Source: an uncultured Gemmatimonadales bacterium (GTDB lineage: Bacteria; Gemmatimonadota; Gemmatimonadetes; Longimicrobiales; RSA9). Taken from it: a stretch of DNA of 64,000 bases. The stretch spans positions 736,001 to 800,000 of the forward strand of contig CAWCUS010000002.1 of assembly GCA_963798845.1 (NCBI GenBank), in the 5' to 3' direction. The notes beneath the pieces were generated by a model. It was not told the DNA's origin and searched no databases. It saw only the letters and a list, made by a program, of their open reading frames with translations. Positions 47,544 through 57,633 of the stretch are shown here, piece by piece. The stretch's first letter is position 1. Every line of letters starts with the position of its first letter. The position numbers were made by a program, and so were the translations under genes.

Positions 47544-48779
47544 TTGAGGATCGTCGTCCACGACTACGCGGGGCACCCGTTCCAGGTCCAGCTCAGCCGC
47601 GAGCTGGCGGGACGCGGCCACCACGTGCTGCACCTGTACTCCGGCTCCACGCATACGCCCCGGGGACCGGTGGAGCCGCGCGACAGTGACCCGGCAGCGT
47701 TCTCCGTCGATGCGGTCACCCTGCCGGAGCAGGTGGCCAAGTACTCCTTCGTCCGGCGACGGCGCCAGGAGGTCGAGTACGGGAAACGCCTGGTGGCGCG
47801 CGTCCGCCGGTTCGAGCCGGACGTCGTGCTGTCCGCGAACACCCCCCTCGACGCGCAGGCGAGGCTCCAGCGCTTCTGCGCGGGGGAGGGGGTCCGCTTC
47901 GTCTTCTGGATGCAGGACGCGTTCGGGGAAGGCGTGACCAGGGTCCTCCGCCGCAGGCTGCCGGTCCTCGGCGAGCCCGTGGCGTGGCACTACAGGCGCC
48001 TGGAGCGACGGATCCTCTCGGCCAGCGACGCCATCGTCCTCATCACCGACGAATTCCGCGCCGCGATCCCTCCACGCGCCCGCACCGTCGCCACCGTGAT
48101 CCCGAACTGGGCGCCCCTCGACGACTTCCCCGTGCTCGGGAAGGACAACGACTGGGCCCGTGCCCACGGCCTCGACCGCACCACCAACCTCCTGTACGCG
48201 GGCACCCTCGGCCTGAAGCACAATCCGGAGATGCTGCTGCACTTGGCGCTGGCGGTGCGGGACGATCCGGACGTGCGCGTCGTCGTCGTGTCCGAAGGTC
48301 CGGCCGTGGACCAGCTCCGGCGGCGGGCGCGCGCCCACGGCCTCGACGGGATGCTGTTCCACGACTTCCAGCCGTTCGACCTCCTCCCCCAGGTTCTGGC
48401 CACGGGCGACGTCCTCCTCGCCCTGCTCGAGGCCGACGCGGGCGCCTACGCTGTGCCGTCGAAGGTGCTGACGTACCTGTGCGCGGGAAGGGCGGTGGTG
48501 GCGGCCCTTCCACCGGGGAACCAGGCATCCCGCACCGTCCGCGAGGCCGGAGCCGGCGTGGTCGTGGCCCCCGATGATGCGGAGGCGTTCGTGCGGGCGG
48601 CCGCGGCGCTGGCGGCCGACCCGGTGCGGCGGCGGGAAGCCGGCCTCAACGCTCGAGCGTTCGCCGAGCGACAGTTCGACATCGACCGGATCTGCAGCCG
48701 CTTCGAAGACCTCCTCTTACCCGCCATGGGGCCGGGGCGACGCGGGCTCGCCCGCCCGCGGATGCCGATCAGCGCATGA
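47544..48779 (+). CDS. Glycosyltransferase family 4 (WcaI-like)
   Basis: TTG start; HDYAGHPFQVQLSRELA, WMQD, IPNW, YAGTLGLKH, VPSKVLTYL. Confidence 0.85.
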   Translation: MRIVVHDYAGHPFQVQLSRELAGRGHHVLHLYSGSTHTPRGPVEPRDSDPAAFSVDAVTLPEQVAKYSFVRRRRQEVEYGKRLVARVRRFEPDVVLSANTPLDAQARLQRFCAGEGVRFVFWMQDAFGEGVTRVLRRRLPVLGEPVAWHYRRLERRILSASDAIVLITDEFRAAIPPRARTVATVIPNWAPLDDFPVLGKDNDWARAHGLDRTTNLLYAGTLGLKHNPEMLLHLALAVRDDPDVRVVVVSEGPAVDQLRRRARAHGLDGMLFHDFQPFDLLPQVLATGDVLLALLEADAGAYAVPSKVLTYLCAGRAVVAALPPGNQASRTVREAGAGVVVAPDDAEAFVRAAAALAADPVRRREAGLNARAFAERQFDIDRICSRFEDLLLPAMGPGRRGLARPRMPISA

Positions 48780-50158
48780 CGTTCGAGCGGGCGCGGCTCC
48801 GGATGAGGCTGGCCCAGAACCTGGGCGCCAACGTCTCCAACCAGATGGTCACGGTGGTGATCCAGCTCGTGGGAGTGCCCGTTCTCCTGAAGGCCTGGGG
48901 GGCCCAGCTCTACGGCGAGTGGCTCGTGCTGTTCGCGATCCCGGCCTACCTGTCCATGACGGACCTGGGCTTCTCCCAGTCCGCGGGCAACGATATGACG
49001 GCGCTCGCCGCGCGGCAGGAGCGGGACCGGGCGCTGGTGGTGTTCCAGAGCCTGTCGGCTCTGGTTTACGCCATTGCCACGGCCGGTCTGTGCTTCAGCG
49101 GTCTCCTGCTGATGCGCGTCCCCGTGGGGCGCTGGTTCGGCTTCGACCAGCTCGACGGGCGCTCTGCCAGCCTCGTGCTCTTCTTCCTGGCGGCGGAAGT
49201 CTTCGCGCGACTGCCCAACGGTGTCACCCACGCCGGATTCCGCGCGAGCGGAGAGAACGCCCTGCACGTCGCCCTCAGCAGCGGGGTAAGGCTGATGCAG
49301 TACCTGGCGATCTGGGTGGTCGCCCTCGGCGGGGGAGGCCCGGTCACAGCCGCTGCGGCCTTCCTGGGCGTTCGGCTCGCCGGAACGCCCGCCGCAGCGG
49401 TGGTCATGTTCCGGCGGCACCGCTGGCTCCGCTTCGGATTCGCGAAAGCCACGGGGGCGGAGCTGCGCCGGCTGTTCCGTCCGGCGCTGGCCAATGTGGC
49501 GATCCCGTTCGCACAGGCGTTGAACATCCAGGGAATGGTGGTGGTGATCGGCGCGATCCTGGGACCGATCGCGGTGGTCGTGTTCTCCACCCTCCGGACG
49601 CTCACCCGGGTCGTGTTCCAGCTGGTCCTGTCCATCTCCCAGGCGGCGGAGCCCGAGCTCGCCGCCGCGTGGGGCGAGCACGATCGGAAGCTGATGGGCC
49701 GGCTGTTCGTGCACGTGCTCCGGGCCGGCCTGTGGCTCGCCACGGCTTCCGCCGCCTTCCTGGCGCTGTTCGGGCCGGCGCTGCTGGCCATGTGGACGGA
49801 CCACCGCGTTGCCATGGACGGACGGCTCTTCGCGTGGCTCCTCCTGTCCGCTTCGGCCGGCGTCCTCTGGTACGCCGGGCTGACGGTGTTGAAGGCTGCC
49901 AACCACCACGTCCGCATGGCGTCGTTCTACGTTCTCGCATCGCTGGCGGGGCTCGGGCTCGCGGTCGCGTTCCTGGAGCTCGACGGCGCACTGGCCGACG
50001 CGGGGCTCGCGATGTTCGTCGCCGACGCCGCACTCGGGGTCTACGGCCTGTTCGCCGCGTCCCGCTTCCTCGAGCTCTCGGCCGGGGAGGCCATCCTGCG
50101 CTCACTGAACCCTCAGCCGCTCCTGCATGCGACGCGTCCACGATTCCGAAGGACCTGA
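48776..50158 (+). CDS. Wzx/GumJ-type flippase
   Basis: VPVLLKAWG.QLYGEWL, DLGFSQSAGN, multi-TM, FSTLRTL, PE motif. Confidence 0.75.
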   Translation: MTFERARLRMRLAQNLGANVSNQMVTVVIQLVGVPVLLKAWGAQLYGEWLVLFAIPAYLSMTDLGFSQSAGNDMTALAARQERDRALVVFQSLSALVYAIATAGLCFSGLLLMRVPVGRWFGFDQLDGRSASLVLFFLAAEVFARLPNGVTHAGFRASGENALHVALSSGVRLMQYLAIWVVALGGGGPVTAAAAFLGVRLAGTPAAAVVMFRRHRWLRFGFAKATGAELRRLFRPALANVAIPFAQALNIQGMVVVIGAILGPIAVVVFSTLRTLTRVVFQLVLSISQAAEPELAAAWGEHDRKLMGRLFVHVLRAGLWLATASAAFLALFGPALLAMWTDHRVAMDGRLFAWLLLSASAGVLWYAGLTVLKAANHHVRMASFYVLASLAGLGLAVAFLELDGALADAGLAMFVADAALGVYGLFAASRFLELSAGEAILRSLNPQPLLHATRPRFRRT

Positions 50159-50194
50159 TCGCTGCACCGCAGCGTGCAGCCTGGCCGGGTGGCC

Positions 50195-50989
50195 ATGGCG
50201 CTGGTAGACCACGTCTCCCGGCTCACCCGGCCGGTACGCGCGCGCGTGGCACTGCCGGTCGCCCATGCGCTACTGCGAACGCGCGCCTCGGATCGCTTCC
50301 TGGTGTCGTACCCGCGCTCCGGCAGCACGTGGGTACGGGCCATCCTCGCCGCGATCATCGATCCGGCGGCGGGGTTCGAGTTCGATGTCTTCAATCGCAT
50401 GATCCCAGGGGTGAGCGGACGGAGGCTGCCGCACATCGCCCGAATGCGGGGGCCGCGGCTGGTCCACTCGCATTGCGGGTACCGCCGTGACCTGCGGCGT
50501 GTGGCTTACCTCGTCCGCGATGGGCGGGACGTCGTGGTCAGCTACTACCACTACACCACCGCCCGGGAAGGCATCGACATGCCCTTCGAGACGTGGCTCG
50601 AACTCTATCTCCGGCGTGGCTACGGCGCCCGCTGGCACGACCACGTCGAGGGGTGGCTCACGAAGGGGCGGGAGAAGCTCGGCGCCGACATGCTGGTGGT
50701 GCGGTTCGAGGACCTGAGGGCCGGCACCGAGCCGAAGGTCCGGGAGATCGCGCGGTTCCTCGGCGTGCCGGCCGAGCCCGATGCCATCGGTCATGCCGTG
50801 CGGATGGCGGGCCTGGAGAAAGCGCGTCAGCGAGAGGATGCCGAGTCCGGCGGGACGCGACGGCGGAACGCGCGCTTCTACCGGAGCGGGGCGGTAGGAC
50901 AGTGGGAGGCGTATCGAGGCGGCGCCGCGTGGCGGACGTTCATGGAGGTGTCGCGGCGCGCGCTGTCTCTGGCCGGGTACGAGGAATAG
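50195..50989 (+). CDS. Sulfotransferase (Sulfotransfer_1-like)
   Basis: SYPRSGSTW, HSH, YLVRDGRDVVVSYYHY, WHDHVEGW, RFEDL, FYRSGAVGQW. Alternative GTG start at 50174. Confidence 0.92.
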   Translation: MALVDHVSRLTRPVRARVALPVAHALLRTRASDRFLVSYPRSGSTWVRAILAAIIDPAAGFEFDVFNRMIPGVSGRRLPHIARMRGPRLVHSHCGYRRDLRRVAYLVRDGRDVVVSYYHYTTAREGIDMPFETWLELYLRRGYGARWHDHVEGWLTKGREKLGADMLVVRFEDLRAGTEPKVREIARFLGVPAEPDAIGHAVRMAGLEKARQREDAESGGTRRRNARFYRSGAVGQWEAYRGGAAWRTFMEVSRRALSLAGYEE

Positions 50990-51002
50990 GCGAGGCGGCG
51001 GG

Positions 51003-52505
51003 ATGCGAGACGTCGTGATCCGGGAACAGGGACGGCCGACGCTGCGCCTCAATGCGCGGCGCCTCGGCGCCGGGCTCGCCCTGCTCATGGCCGCGGCCGG
51101 TGCCGTCCAGCTGCTTCTCGGGAGCTCGCTCGCCGTGGTCCTCATGGCCGTGCTCACCGCGGTCGCCGGCCTGCTGGTGTTCGGGCTGATCGGCGCCGGG
51201 AACCTGGGCGCATGGGTGTCGCTGTTCTACGTGCTCGGCAACGTGGTCGTGGCCGTGGCGGCGAAGACGGCGCTCGGCCAGCCGCTCGAATCGTACCTCC
51301 ACGACCCTATCGGCTCGTTCGCCGCCGTCGCCGCTTCCACGCTGGGCCTGGTCGCGGCTCTCCTGCTGGTGAAGAAGGTCCACCTCGGACGGCCGATCTT
51401 CGAGCCGACCTCCGACGTCCGTTTCCTCTTCTTCCTGTCCTGGATCTCGCTCGCGCTCGGCGCGGCGTCGTGGCTCGCGAACCGACACCTCCAGGATCCC
51501 TCGGGCAGCGGCTTCGGCGGCCTGGCCCTGTTCCGCAACCTCATGCTGATGGCCGTGGTCGCCCGAACGGGCGCCCTGCTTGAACGGAGCGGGCGGCGTA
51601 CCAGCTTCGACATCCGACTGGGCCTGATCCTGGCCGTGACGACGCTGGCAGGCCTGCTCGACAACAGCAAGGCGGCGGCCGCGCTGCCGGTCATCAGCTA
51701 CTTCGCTACGCTCCTGTTCTATCGCCGCGGCCTCACGCTGCGATCGGCGATCGCACTCTCCGGTGGGACCGCGGCGTTCGTCGTCGTCGTGGCGCCCGCA
51801 ATCCACGCCCTTCGGGCGCTGGGCCAGCACGAGGTCGACCTCGAGCGGCGCATCCAGCTCGTCGCCACAAGCGGGAGCGACCTGCTGAAGGGCACCTCGG
51901 AGCTGGACCGCTTCGAGCAGCTCGCCGCGGGGCAGTTCCAGCACGGGTACTACGACTACTTCGGGGGCGGAGGGACCGGTCAGATGATCGTCGGCCGGTA
52001 CGCATCCGTGCAGCAGATCGACCCCGTGGTGGCCGAGGTGAGGCGACAGGGTGTCCGCGGCGGCGCGGCGATCTGGCCGGCGATCGCTCGCCTGGTGCCG
52101 AGCTCGTTGTACCCGCAGAAGCCACGCTACAACGAGGCCTTCAATACCCTCGTCGGCTACGGCCTGATCGACGCGGAAGGGGGGAAGTTCCCGACGCTCC
52201 CCCTCGCCGGCCAGGCCTACGCCGCCTACGGGATCCCCGGCGTGCTCGTGATCCCGTTCCTCACCTTCCTCCTGTTCTTCCTCGTCGTGAAGAAGCTCGG
52301 GTGGCAGCTGTACGGCAACGTCTACGGCATCTTCTTCTTCTCCGCGTTCGTGGTCGTCTACGCCGCGCAGGGGGACTTCGGCCAGTACTTCGGTGCCGCG
52401 CTCCGGAGTTTCCCCCTCTACGGAATCGTGTTCTGGCTCATCGCCCAGGCGTTCCGGGTACGGGTGCGGGGAGCCAGGCCGGTGCGGTCCGGCGGGTGGT
52501 CGTAG
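51003..52505 (+). CDS. Multi-TM membrane protein, candidate Wzy polymerase
   Basis: Around 10 TM segments, a large periplasmic loop with RLVPSSLYPQKP and AYAAYG; sits in a Wzx-dependent operon that has no other Wzy. Confidence 0.6.
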   Translation: MRDVVIREQGRPTLRLNARRLGAGLALLMAAAGAVQLLLGSSLAVVLMAVLTAVAGLLVFGLIGAGNLGAWVSLFYVLGNVVVAVAAKTALGQPLESYLHDPIGSFAAVAASTLGLVAALLLVKKVHLGRPIFEPTSDVRFLFFLSWISLALGAASWLANRHLQDPSGSGFGGLALFRNLMLMAVVARTGALLERSGRRTSFDIRLGLILAVTTLAGLLDNSKAAAALPVISYFATLLFYRRGLTLRSAIALSGGTAAFVVVVAPAIHALRALGQHEVDLERRIQLVATSGSDLLKGTSELDRFEQLAAGQFQHGYYDYFGGGGTGQMIVGRYASVQQIDPVVAEVRRQGVRGGAAIWPAIARLVPSSLYPQKPRYNEAFNTLVGYGLIDAEGGKFPTLPLAGQAYAAYGIPGVLVIPFLTFLLFFLVVKKLGWQLYGNVYGIFFFSAFVVVYAAQGDFGQYFGAALRSFPLYGIVFWLIAQAFRVRVRGARPVRSGGWS

Positions 52506-52509
52506 GCGC

Positions 52510-53589
52510 ATGAGGGGGAGCCGGGTTCTCGTGTATCGGCTCGGGTCGCTCGGCGACACGATCGTGGCGCTGCCGGCGCTGCGGCTGGTCGCCCGGGCGT
52601 TCCCCGACGCCGAGCGGTGGGTCCTCACCAACCGCAGCGAAGGCGGCAAGGCCGCCGCCATCTCGGAGGTCGTGGGTGGAACCGGCCTGGTCCACGGCTT
52701 CCTCGACTACCCGCTCGCGACGCGCAGCGCGCGCGAGCTGCTGCGTCTGCGGAGGAGCATCCGACGGCTGCGTCCGCGCACGCTCGTCTACCTGGCGGAG
52801 CCCCGGGGACGGCTGGCCGCGCTCCGCGACGCCGCCTTCTTCAGGCTGTGCGGCATCCCGCGCATCGTGGGTCTGCCCGTCGGGCGGGAGCGTCAGCGCG
52901 TCCGCGCGCTCGATCCGAGCCTGTACGAACGCGAGGGGGCGAGGCTGGCGCGGTGCGTGTCGGCGCTTGGGGACGCCCGCTGGGACGACCCGGGCTCGTA
53001 CGACCTCGCCCTGTCCGGAGCCGAGCACGAGGCAGCCCGGCGCGCGCTGGGCCGGTTGCCAGAGGATGTTCCCGTGCTCGGCGTGAGCATCGGCGCCAAG
53101 GTGGACGTGAAGGACTGGGGGGACGCGAACTGGTCGGAGCTGCTCGGATCACTCTCGGCCAGGCTGCGCTGGGGACTGGTGGCGGTCGGCTCCGCCGACG
53201 AGCGGGAGAGGTGCGACCGGGTGCTCGCGAGCTGGGCGGGGCCTTCCCTCAACCTGTGCGGCACCCTGCCCGTCCGCGTGTCCGCCGCCGTCCTTTCGCG
53301 CTGCCGGCTGTTCATCGGGCACGACAGCGGGCCCATGCACATGGCCGCCGCCGTCGGCACCCCGGTCGTGGCGGTGTTCAGCTCCCGCAACCTGCCGGGG
53401 GAGTGGTTCCCCTACGGCGACGGCCACCGGGTGCTGTACCGGCCGATGCCATGCCAGGGGTGCGGCCTGGATCGATGCGTCGAGAGGCGGAAAGCGTGCA
53501 TCCGCGCCATCACCGTGGATGACGTGCGCGCCGCGGTCCTCGAGGAGATCGGCGAGGCGGCGTCCGCCAAGCGCGGCCGGGCCACCTGA
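52510..53589 (+). CDS. Glycosyltransferase family 9 (heptosyltransferase-like)
   Basis: RLGSLGDTIVALP, KDW, NLCG, FIGHDSGPMHMAAAVGTP, C..C...C....CI..I. Confidence 0.9.
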   Translation: MRGSRVLVYRLGSLGDTIVALPALRLVARAFPDAERWVLTNRSEGGKAAAISEVVGGTGLVHGFLDYPLATRSARELLRLRRSIRRLRPRTLVYLAEPRGRLAALRDAAFFRLCGIPRIVGLPVGRERQRVRALDPSLYEREGARLARCVSALGDARWDDPGSYDLALSGAEHEAARRALGRLPEDVPVLGVSIGAKVDVKDWGDANWSELLGSLSARLRWGLVAVGSADERERCDRVLASWAGPSLNLCGTLPVRVSAAVLSRCRLFIGHDSGPMHMAAAVGTPVVAVFSSRNLPGEWFPYGDGHRVLYRPMPCQGCGLDRCVERRKACIRAITVDDVRAAVLEEIGEAASAKRGRAT

Positions 53590-55355
53590 TGTGCGGCATC
53601 TCCGGGATCGTGAGCCGCGGGCGGGCCCCCGTGGACGGCGAGGCGCTCCTCCGGATGCGCGAGGCCATGCGCGTCCGGGGTCCGGATGGGGAGGGTGCGT
53701 GGATCCGCCCGGGCGGTGGGGTGGGGTTGGCTCATACCCGGCTCGCGGTGCTGGACCCTTCGGACCGGGGTGCCCAGCCGATGCGCTCCGCCGATGGTGT
53801 ATCCTGCGTCGTCTTCAACGGGGAGATCTACAACCACCCGGAGCTGCGCCAGTGGTGCGAGTCGCGAGGGACCCGCTACGTCAGCGGAAGCGACACCGAG
53901 ACCCTGCTCCACCTGTACGCGCTGGAAGGCCCCGATTTCGTGAAACGTTTGCGCGGGATGTTCGCGTTCGCCCTGTGGGACGAGCGCCGTTCAGCCCTCC
54001 TCCTCGCTCGTGATGCATTCGGCATCAAGCCGCTCTACTACTCTCTCGACGCGGGCGAGCTGCGGTTCGCATCGCAGGTCAAGGCCCTGGTGGCGGGAGG
54101 CGTGGATGGCACGGTCGACCCGGCGGGGCTCGCCTCGTTCCTCATCTGGGGCTACGTCACGGAGCCGTTCACGTGGCATCGCCGCATCAAGGCAGTCCCG
54201 GCGGGGTCGACGATCCTGGTGGACAGGTCGGGGAGGATTTCCCTCCGGAGGTATCACCGCCCGTCCGACGCCGTCCGTCGAGACCGCCAGTGCGAACCGC
54301 CGGCGCGGCCACTGCCCGAAGCGCTGCTGGACAGCGTCGAGCATCACCTCCTGTCGGACGTTCCCGTGGGTCTCTTCCTTTCCGCCGGCGTCGACTCGGG
54401 GACGCTGTGCGCGCTCACGCAGGAATGCGCGGACCCCGCTACCCTGCAATCGGTTACAGTGCGCTTCGCCGAGCACGCGGACACGAGCCAGGACGAGGGG
54501 GCCCGCGCGGGCGCCGTGGCCGCGCGGTACGGGTGCCCGCACGAGGTGGTCACGTTCGGGCGAGCGGACTTCGAGGCCGAGCGCGACCGCATCGTGGAGG
54601 CAATGGACCAGCCCACCGTCGACGGCATCAACACGTACTTCGTGAGCGCGGCGGCCGCGCGAGTCGGCCTGAAGGTCGCCCTGTCGGGCGTCGGCGCCGA
54701 CGAGGCGTTCGGGGGCTACGGCTCCTTCCGAGAGGTTCCGGGCCTCGCTCGGGCGACGCGAGCGGTGCCGCGCCGGCTCGGACGCGGTCTGCGGAAGGCC
54801 ATCGCGCCGCTGTCCGGGCGTCTGCCCTCCCCGAAGTACGCCGGTCTGCTCGAGTACGGAGGCACCGTGCCCGGAGCGTACCTGCTGCGTCGCGCGGTGT
54901 ACATGCCGTGGGAGCTGGGGCGCATCGTCGACCCCGACCTGGCGGCCGCCGGCCTGGCGGAGCTGGACCTGGGCCGCACCCTGGACGAAGTGGTCCAGGG
55001 GATCGACTCGCCGTACGAGCAGGTGATGGCGCTCGAGCAGGAGGTCTACCTGCGGAACTGCCTCTTGCGGGACACCGACTGGGCAGGGATGGCGCACTCG
55101 CTGGAGATCCGCACCCCGTTCGTGGACCGGGGCGTGTGGGACGCGGTGGTCTCCCTCAACCGTGCCCGTCCCGCCCCGCTCGGGAAGGGCGATCTCTTCC
55201 GGACGCCGCGCCTGCCGCTACCACCCGAGCAGCAGCGCCGGGCGAAGACCGGCTTCAACGTGCCGGTGATGGACTGGGTCGCTCCCGCGGCGCGAGCGCG
55301 GCGGGGCGACGGTCGTCGCCAGTGGGCCCTGGCGCTCCTGGGGGAGCTCGCGTGA
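53589..55355 (+). CDS. asnB: Asparagine synthetase B-like amidotransferase
   Basis: MCGI N-terminal Cys, RGPD, FNGEIYN, SDTE, RDAFGIKPLYY, LSAGVDS, SGVGADE.FGGY, MAHSLEIRTPF. Confidence 0.92.
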   Translation: MCGISGIVSRGRAPVDGEALLRMREAMRVRGPDGEGAWIRPGGGVGLAHTRLAVLDPSDRGAQPMRSADGVSCVVFNGEIYNHPELRQWCESRGTRYVSGSDTETLLHLYALEGPDFVKRLRGMFAFALWDERRSALLLARDAFGIKPLYYSLDAGELRFASQVKALVAGGVDGTVDPAGLASFLIWGYVTEPFTWHRRIKAVPAGSTILVDRSGRISLRRYHRPSDAVRRDRQCEPPARPLPEALLDSVEHHLLSDVPVGLFLSAGVDSGTLCALTQECADPATLQSVTVRFAEHADTSQDEGARAGAVAARYGCPHEVVTFGRADFEAERDRIVEAMDQPTVDGINTYFVSAAAARVGLKVALSGVGADEAFGGYGSFREVPGLARATRAVPRRLGRGLRKAIAPLSGRLPSPKYAGLLEYGGTVPGAYLLRRAVYMPWELGRIVDPDLAAAGLAELDLGRTLDEVVQGIDSPYEQVMALEQEVYLRNCLLRDTDWAGMAHSLEIRTPFVDRGVWDAVVSLNRARPAPLGKGDLFRTPRLPLPPEQQRRAKTGFNVPVMDWVAPAARARRGDGRRQWALALLGELA

Positions 55356-55410
55356 CGCAGCTACGTGCGGCGGCGCCAGCCAGGGGCGGCGTGCGCGTGG
55401 ACGGCGTGCG

Positions 55411-56370
55411 ATGAGTGGATCGCTCCGGAGCAGTCTGCTCCGCGTCCGGTACCACGTGCGGAAGCTCAGCTGGGTGGGCGCCGCCGCGTACATGGTGCCG
55501 AACGTCGTGAACGCGTTGCTTCCCGGGCGGTGGGGGGAGGACGTTCGCGCCGGACCCCCGAGGGGTCGCGTCGCACTCTGCCTTCGCTTCCGGGACGAAG
55601 CGCCGTTCCTCGGCGAGTGGCTCGAGTACCATCGCGCCGCCGGCGTCGACCACTTCTTCATGTATGACAACTTCAGCGAGGACGACTACGCCGGCGTCCT
55701 GGATCGCTTTCCGGAGCCCGAGCGCGTGACGCTCATCGGCTGGCCGTTCTCGCCCGCGTCCCCGGGGGCGGAGCACGACTGCATCGCGCGCGCTCGCGGC
55801 CGGTTCGAATGGGTCGGATTCCTCGATGCCGACGAGTTCGTCGTGGTGCGGGACGGGCGGTCCGTGCCGGAGTTCCTGGCCGGGTTCCCGGACGCGCCGG
55901 GCGTCGCGCTGCACTGGTACCAGTACGGGTCGGCGGGACACGAGCGCAGGCCGCCGGGGAGGGTGATCGAGGCGTACACGCGTCGGAGCCGAGAGCCGAA
56001 CAGGCATTTCAAGGTGTTCGTCCGACCCGAGCGCGTCACGAGAAACCGCAACTCGCACAACTTCTACTATCGCGGGGCGGCGTGCGCGGTGCGCGAGGAC
56101 GGGAGCCGCGCGTTCGGGAGCATGGCGGCCCGGCCGGTCGCCCGGGAAGCGTGGATCAACCACTATCACTACAAGAGTCTCGAGGACTACCTGGAGAAGG
56201 CGGCCCGGTCCTCGACGCTCGATCGCTCGGGCATGGCGGAGCCCTCGCGACGGGTCGAGCTGGCGCAGAGCGCCATGACCGTGGCCAACGAAGTGGAGGA
56301 CCTGAGCGCCGTCCGCTATCTCGAGAGCCGGAAGCGCGCGCGCGGCCGGGTCAGCGGGAGTCGCCGATGA
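55411..56370 (+). CDS. Glycosyltransferase family 92 / GT2-like (Glyco_tranf_2_4)
   Basis: FRDEAPFLGEWLEYH...GVDHFFMYDNFSED, FLDADEF, INHY..KS. Confidence 0.85.
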   Translation: MSGSLRSSLLRVRYHVRKLSWVGAAAYMVPNVVNALLPGRWGEDVRAGPPRGRVALCLRFRDEAPFLGEWLEYHRAAGVDHFFMYDNFSEDDYAGVLDRFPEPERVTLIGWPFSPASPGAEHDCIARARGRFEWVGFLDADEFVVVRDGRSVPEFLAGFPDAPGVALHWYQYGSAGHERRPPGRVIEAYTRRSREPNRHFKVFVRPERVTRNRNSHNFYYRGAACAVREDGSRAFGSMAARPVAREAWINHYHYKSLEDYLEKAARSSTLDRSGMAEPSRRVELAQSAMTVANEVEDLSAVRYLESRKRARGRVSGSRR

Positions 56371-57629
56371 GGATCCTGCACGTCCAGGAGAGCCTGTCGC
56401 CCCGCTATGGCGGGCCGTCGCAGGTGCTCACTGGTCTCGCCCGGGCCCAGGAGCGCGCCGGGCACAGCGTCGTCATCGCCACCACCAACGCCGACTATCC
56501 CAGGGGCGTATACCGGGCGAGCGGCTGGGACACGCTCCCCGGGTCGCGCGTGGGCGTGCTCTACGGGGGCGTCGTTTTCCGTCCGCTCAAGGTATCGCGG
56601 TCGCTGGGGGTGTTCCTCGAGCGTGAGACCCGGGGCTTCGACCTCGTGCACATCCACGGCCTCTACAGGTTTCCTCCCACGTACGCGGCCTACCAGGCGC
56701 GCAGGCACGGGGTTCCCTACATCGTGCGGCCCCACGGCTCGCTCGATCCGTTCCTGTACCAGCGGAGCTCCCTGAGCCTCGTGCTCAAGCGCCTCCACGA
56801 GCGGCTGTTCGACCTGCCTGACCTCAAGGGCGCGGCCGCCATCCACTTCACGGCGGAAGCCGAGAGGGAGAAGGCTGCACTGGTCCCCGCCACCACTCCT
56901 TCCTTCGTGGTGCCGAACGGAGTGGAATGGGACCGCTTCGCCGAGCTGCCCGAGCGCGGCCGCCTGCGTGCGCGATGGCAGCTCGGCGAAGCCCCCGTGG
57001 TTCTGTTTCTCGGCCGTTTGCACCCGAAGAAGGGGCTGGAGATCCTGATCGATGCGTTCTCCAGGGTGCGGGGGGAAGGCAGCCGTGCCCAGCTCGTGAT
57101 CGCCGGCCCCGACAACGACGGACACGGCCGCGACGTGATCGAGTGGGTCCGTGCCCGGGAGCTCCAGGGCAGCGTGCGTTTCGTGGGCCCACTCGATGGC
57201 GAGGACGTGGTGCAGGCGTACGTCGACGCCGACGTCTTCGCGCTGCCGTCCCATACCGAGAATTTCGGCATGACGGTGGTGGAAGCCATGGCGTGCCGGC
57301 TTCCTGTCGTGGTTTCCGGCCACGTGGACATCCACCCCGCCATCCGAAGCGCAGGCGCGGGGCTGGTGGTCGGCGGCGCCCCGGAGCTGGCACACGCGCT
57401 CGACTCCCTCCTCGACGACGACGGAAGGAGGAGCCGGATGGGTGAAGCGGGGCGCGCCCTCGTTCGAGAGCGCTACACCTGGAGCGCCGTGGTCGGGGAG
57501 CTGGACGCCGCGTACGAAGCGGCGGTGGACCGGCACCGGCGCGGGCGCGGGCCGGTCGCTCCCGAGGCGCCGCACGGGTCCGCGGGTCGGACGACGCGGC
57601 AAGCGACGCCCACGGCCCCGCGCCCATAG
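56367..57629 (+). CDS. Glycosyltransferase family 4
   Basis: MRILHV, GGP, PHGSL, FLGRLHPKKG, LPSHTENFGMTVVEAMAC. Confidence 0.92.
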   Translation: MRILHVQESLSPRYGGPSQVLTGLARAQERAGHSVVIATTNADYPRGVYRASGWDTLPGSRVGVLYGGVVFRPLKVSRSLGVFLERETRGFDLVHIHGLYRFPPTYAAYQARRHGVPYIVRPHGSLDPFLYQRSSLSLVLKRLHERLFDLPDLKGAAAIHFTAEAEREKAALVPATTPSFVVPNGVEWDRFAELPERGRLRARWQLGEAPVVLFLGRLHPKKGLEILIDAFSRVRGEGSRAQLVIAGPDNDGHGRDVIEWVRARELQGSVRFVGPLDGEDVVQAYVDADVFALPSHTENFGMTVVEAMACRLPVVVSGHVDIHPAIRSAGAGLVVGGAPELAHALDSLLDDDGRRSRMGEAGRALVRERYTWSAVVGELDAAYEAAVDRHRRGRGPVAPEAPHGSAGRTTRQATPTAPRP

Positions 57630-57633
57630 CGCC

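Noticed and set aside
50890..50897. ops-like GGCGGTAG
   Set aside because: It lies inside the sulfotransferase CDS rather than an operon leader, and a chance match is likely in GC-rich DNA.
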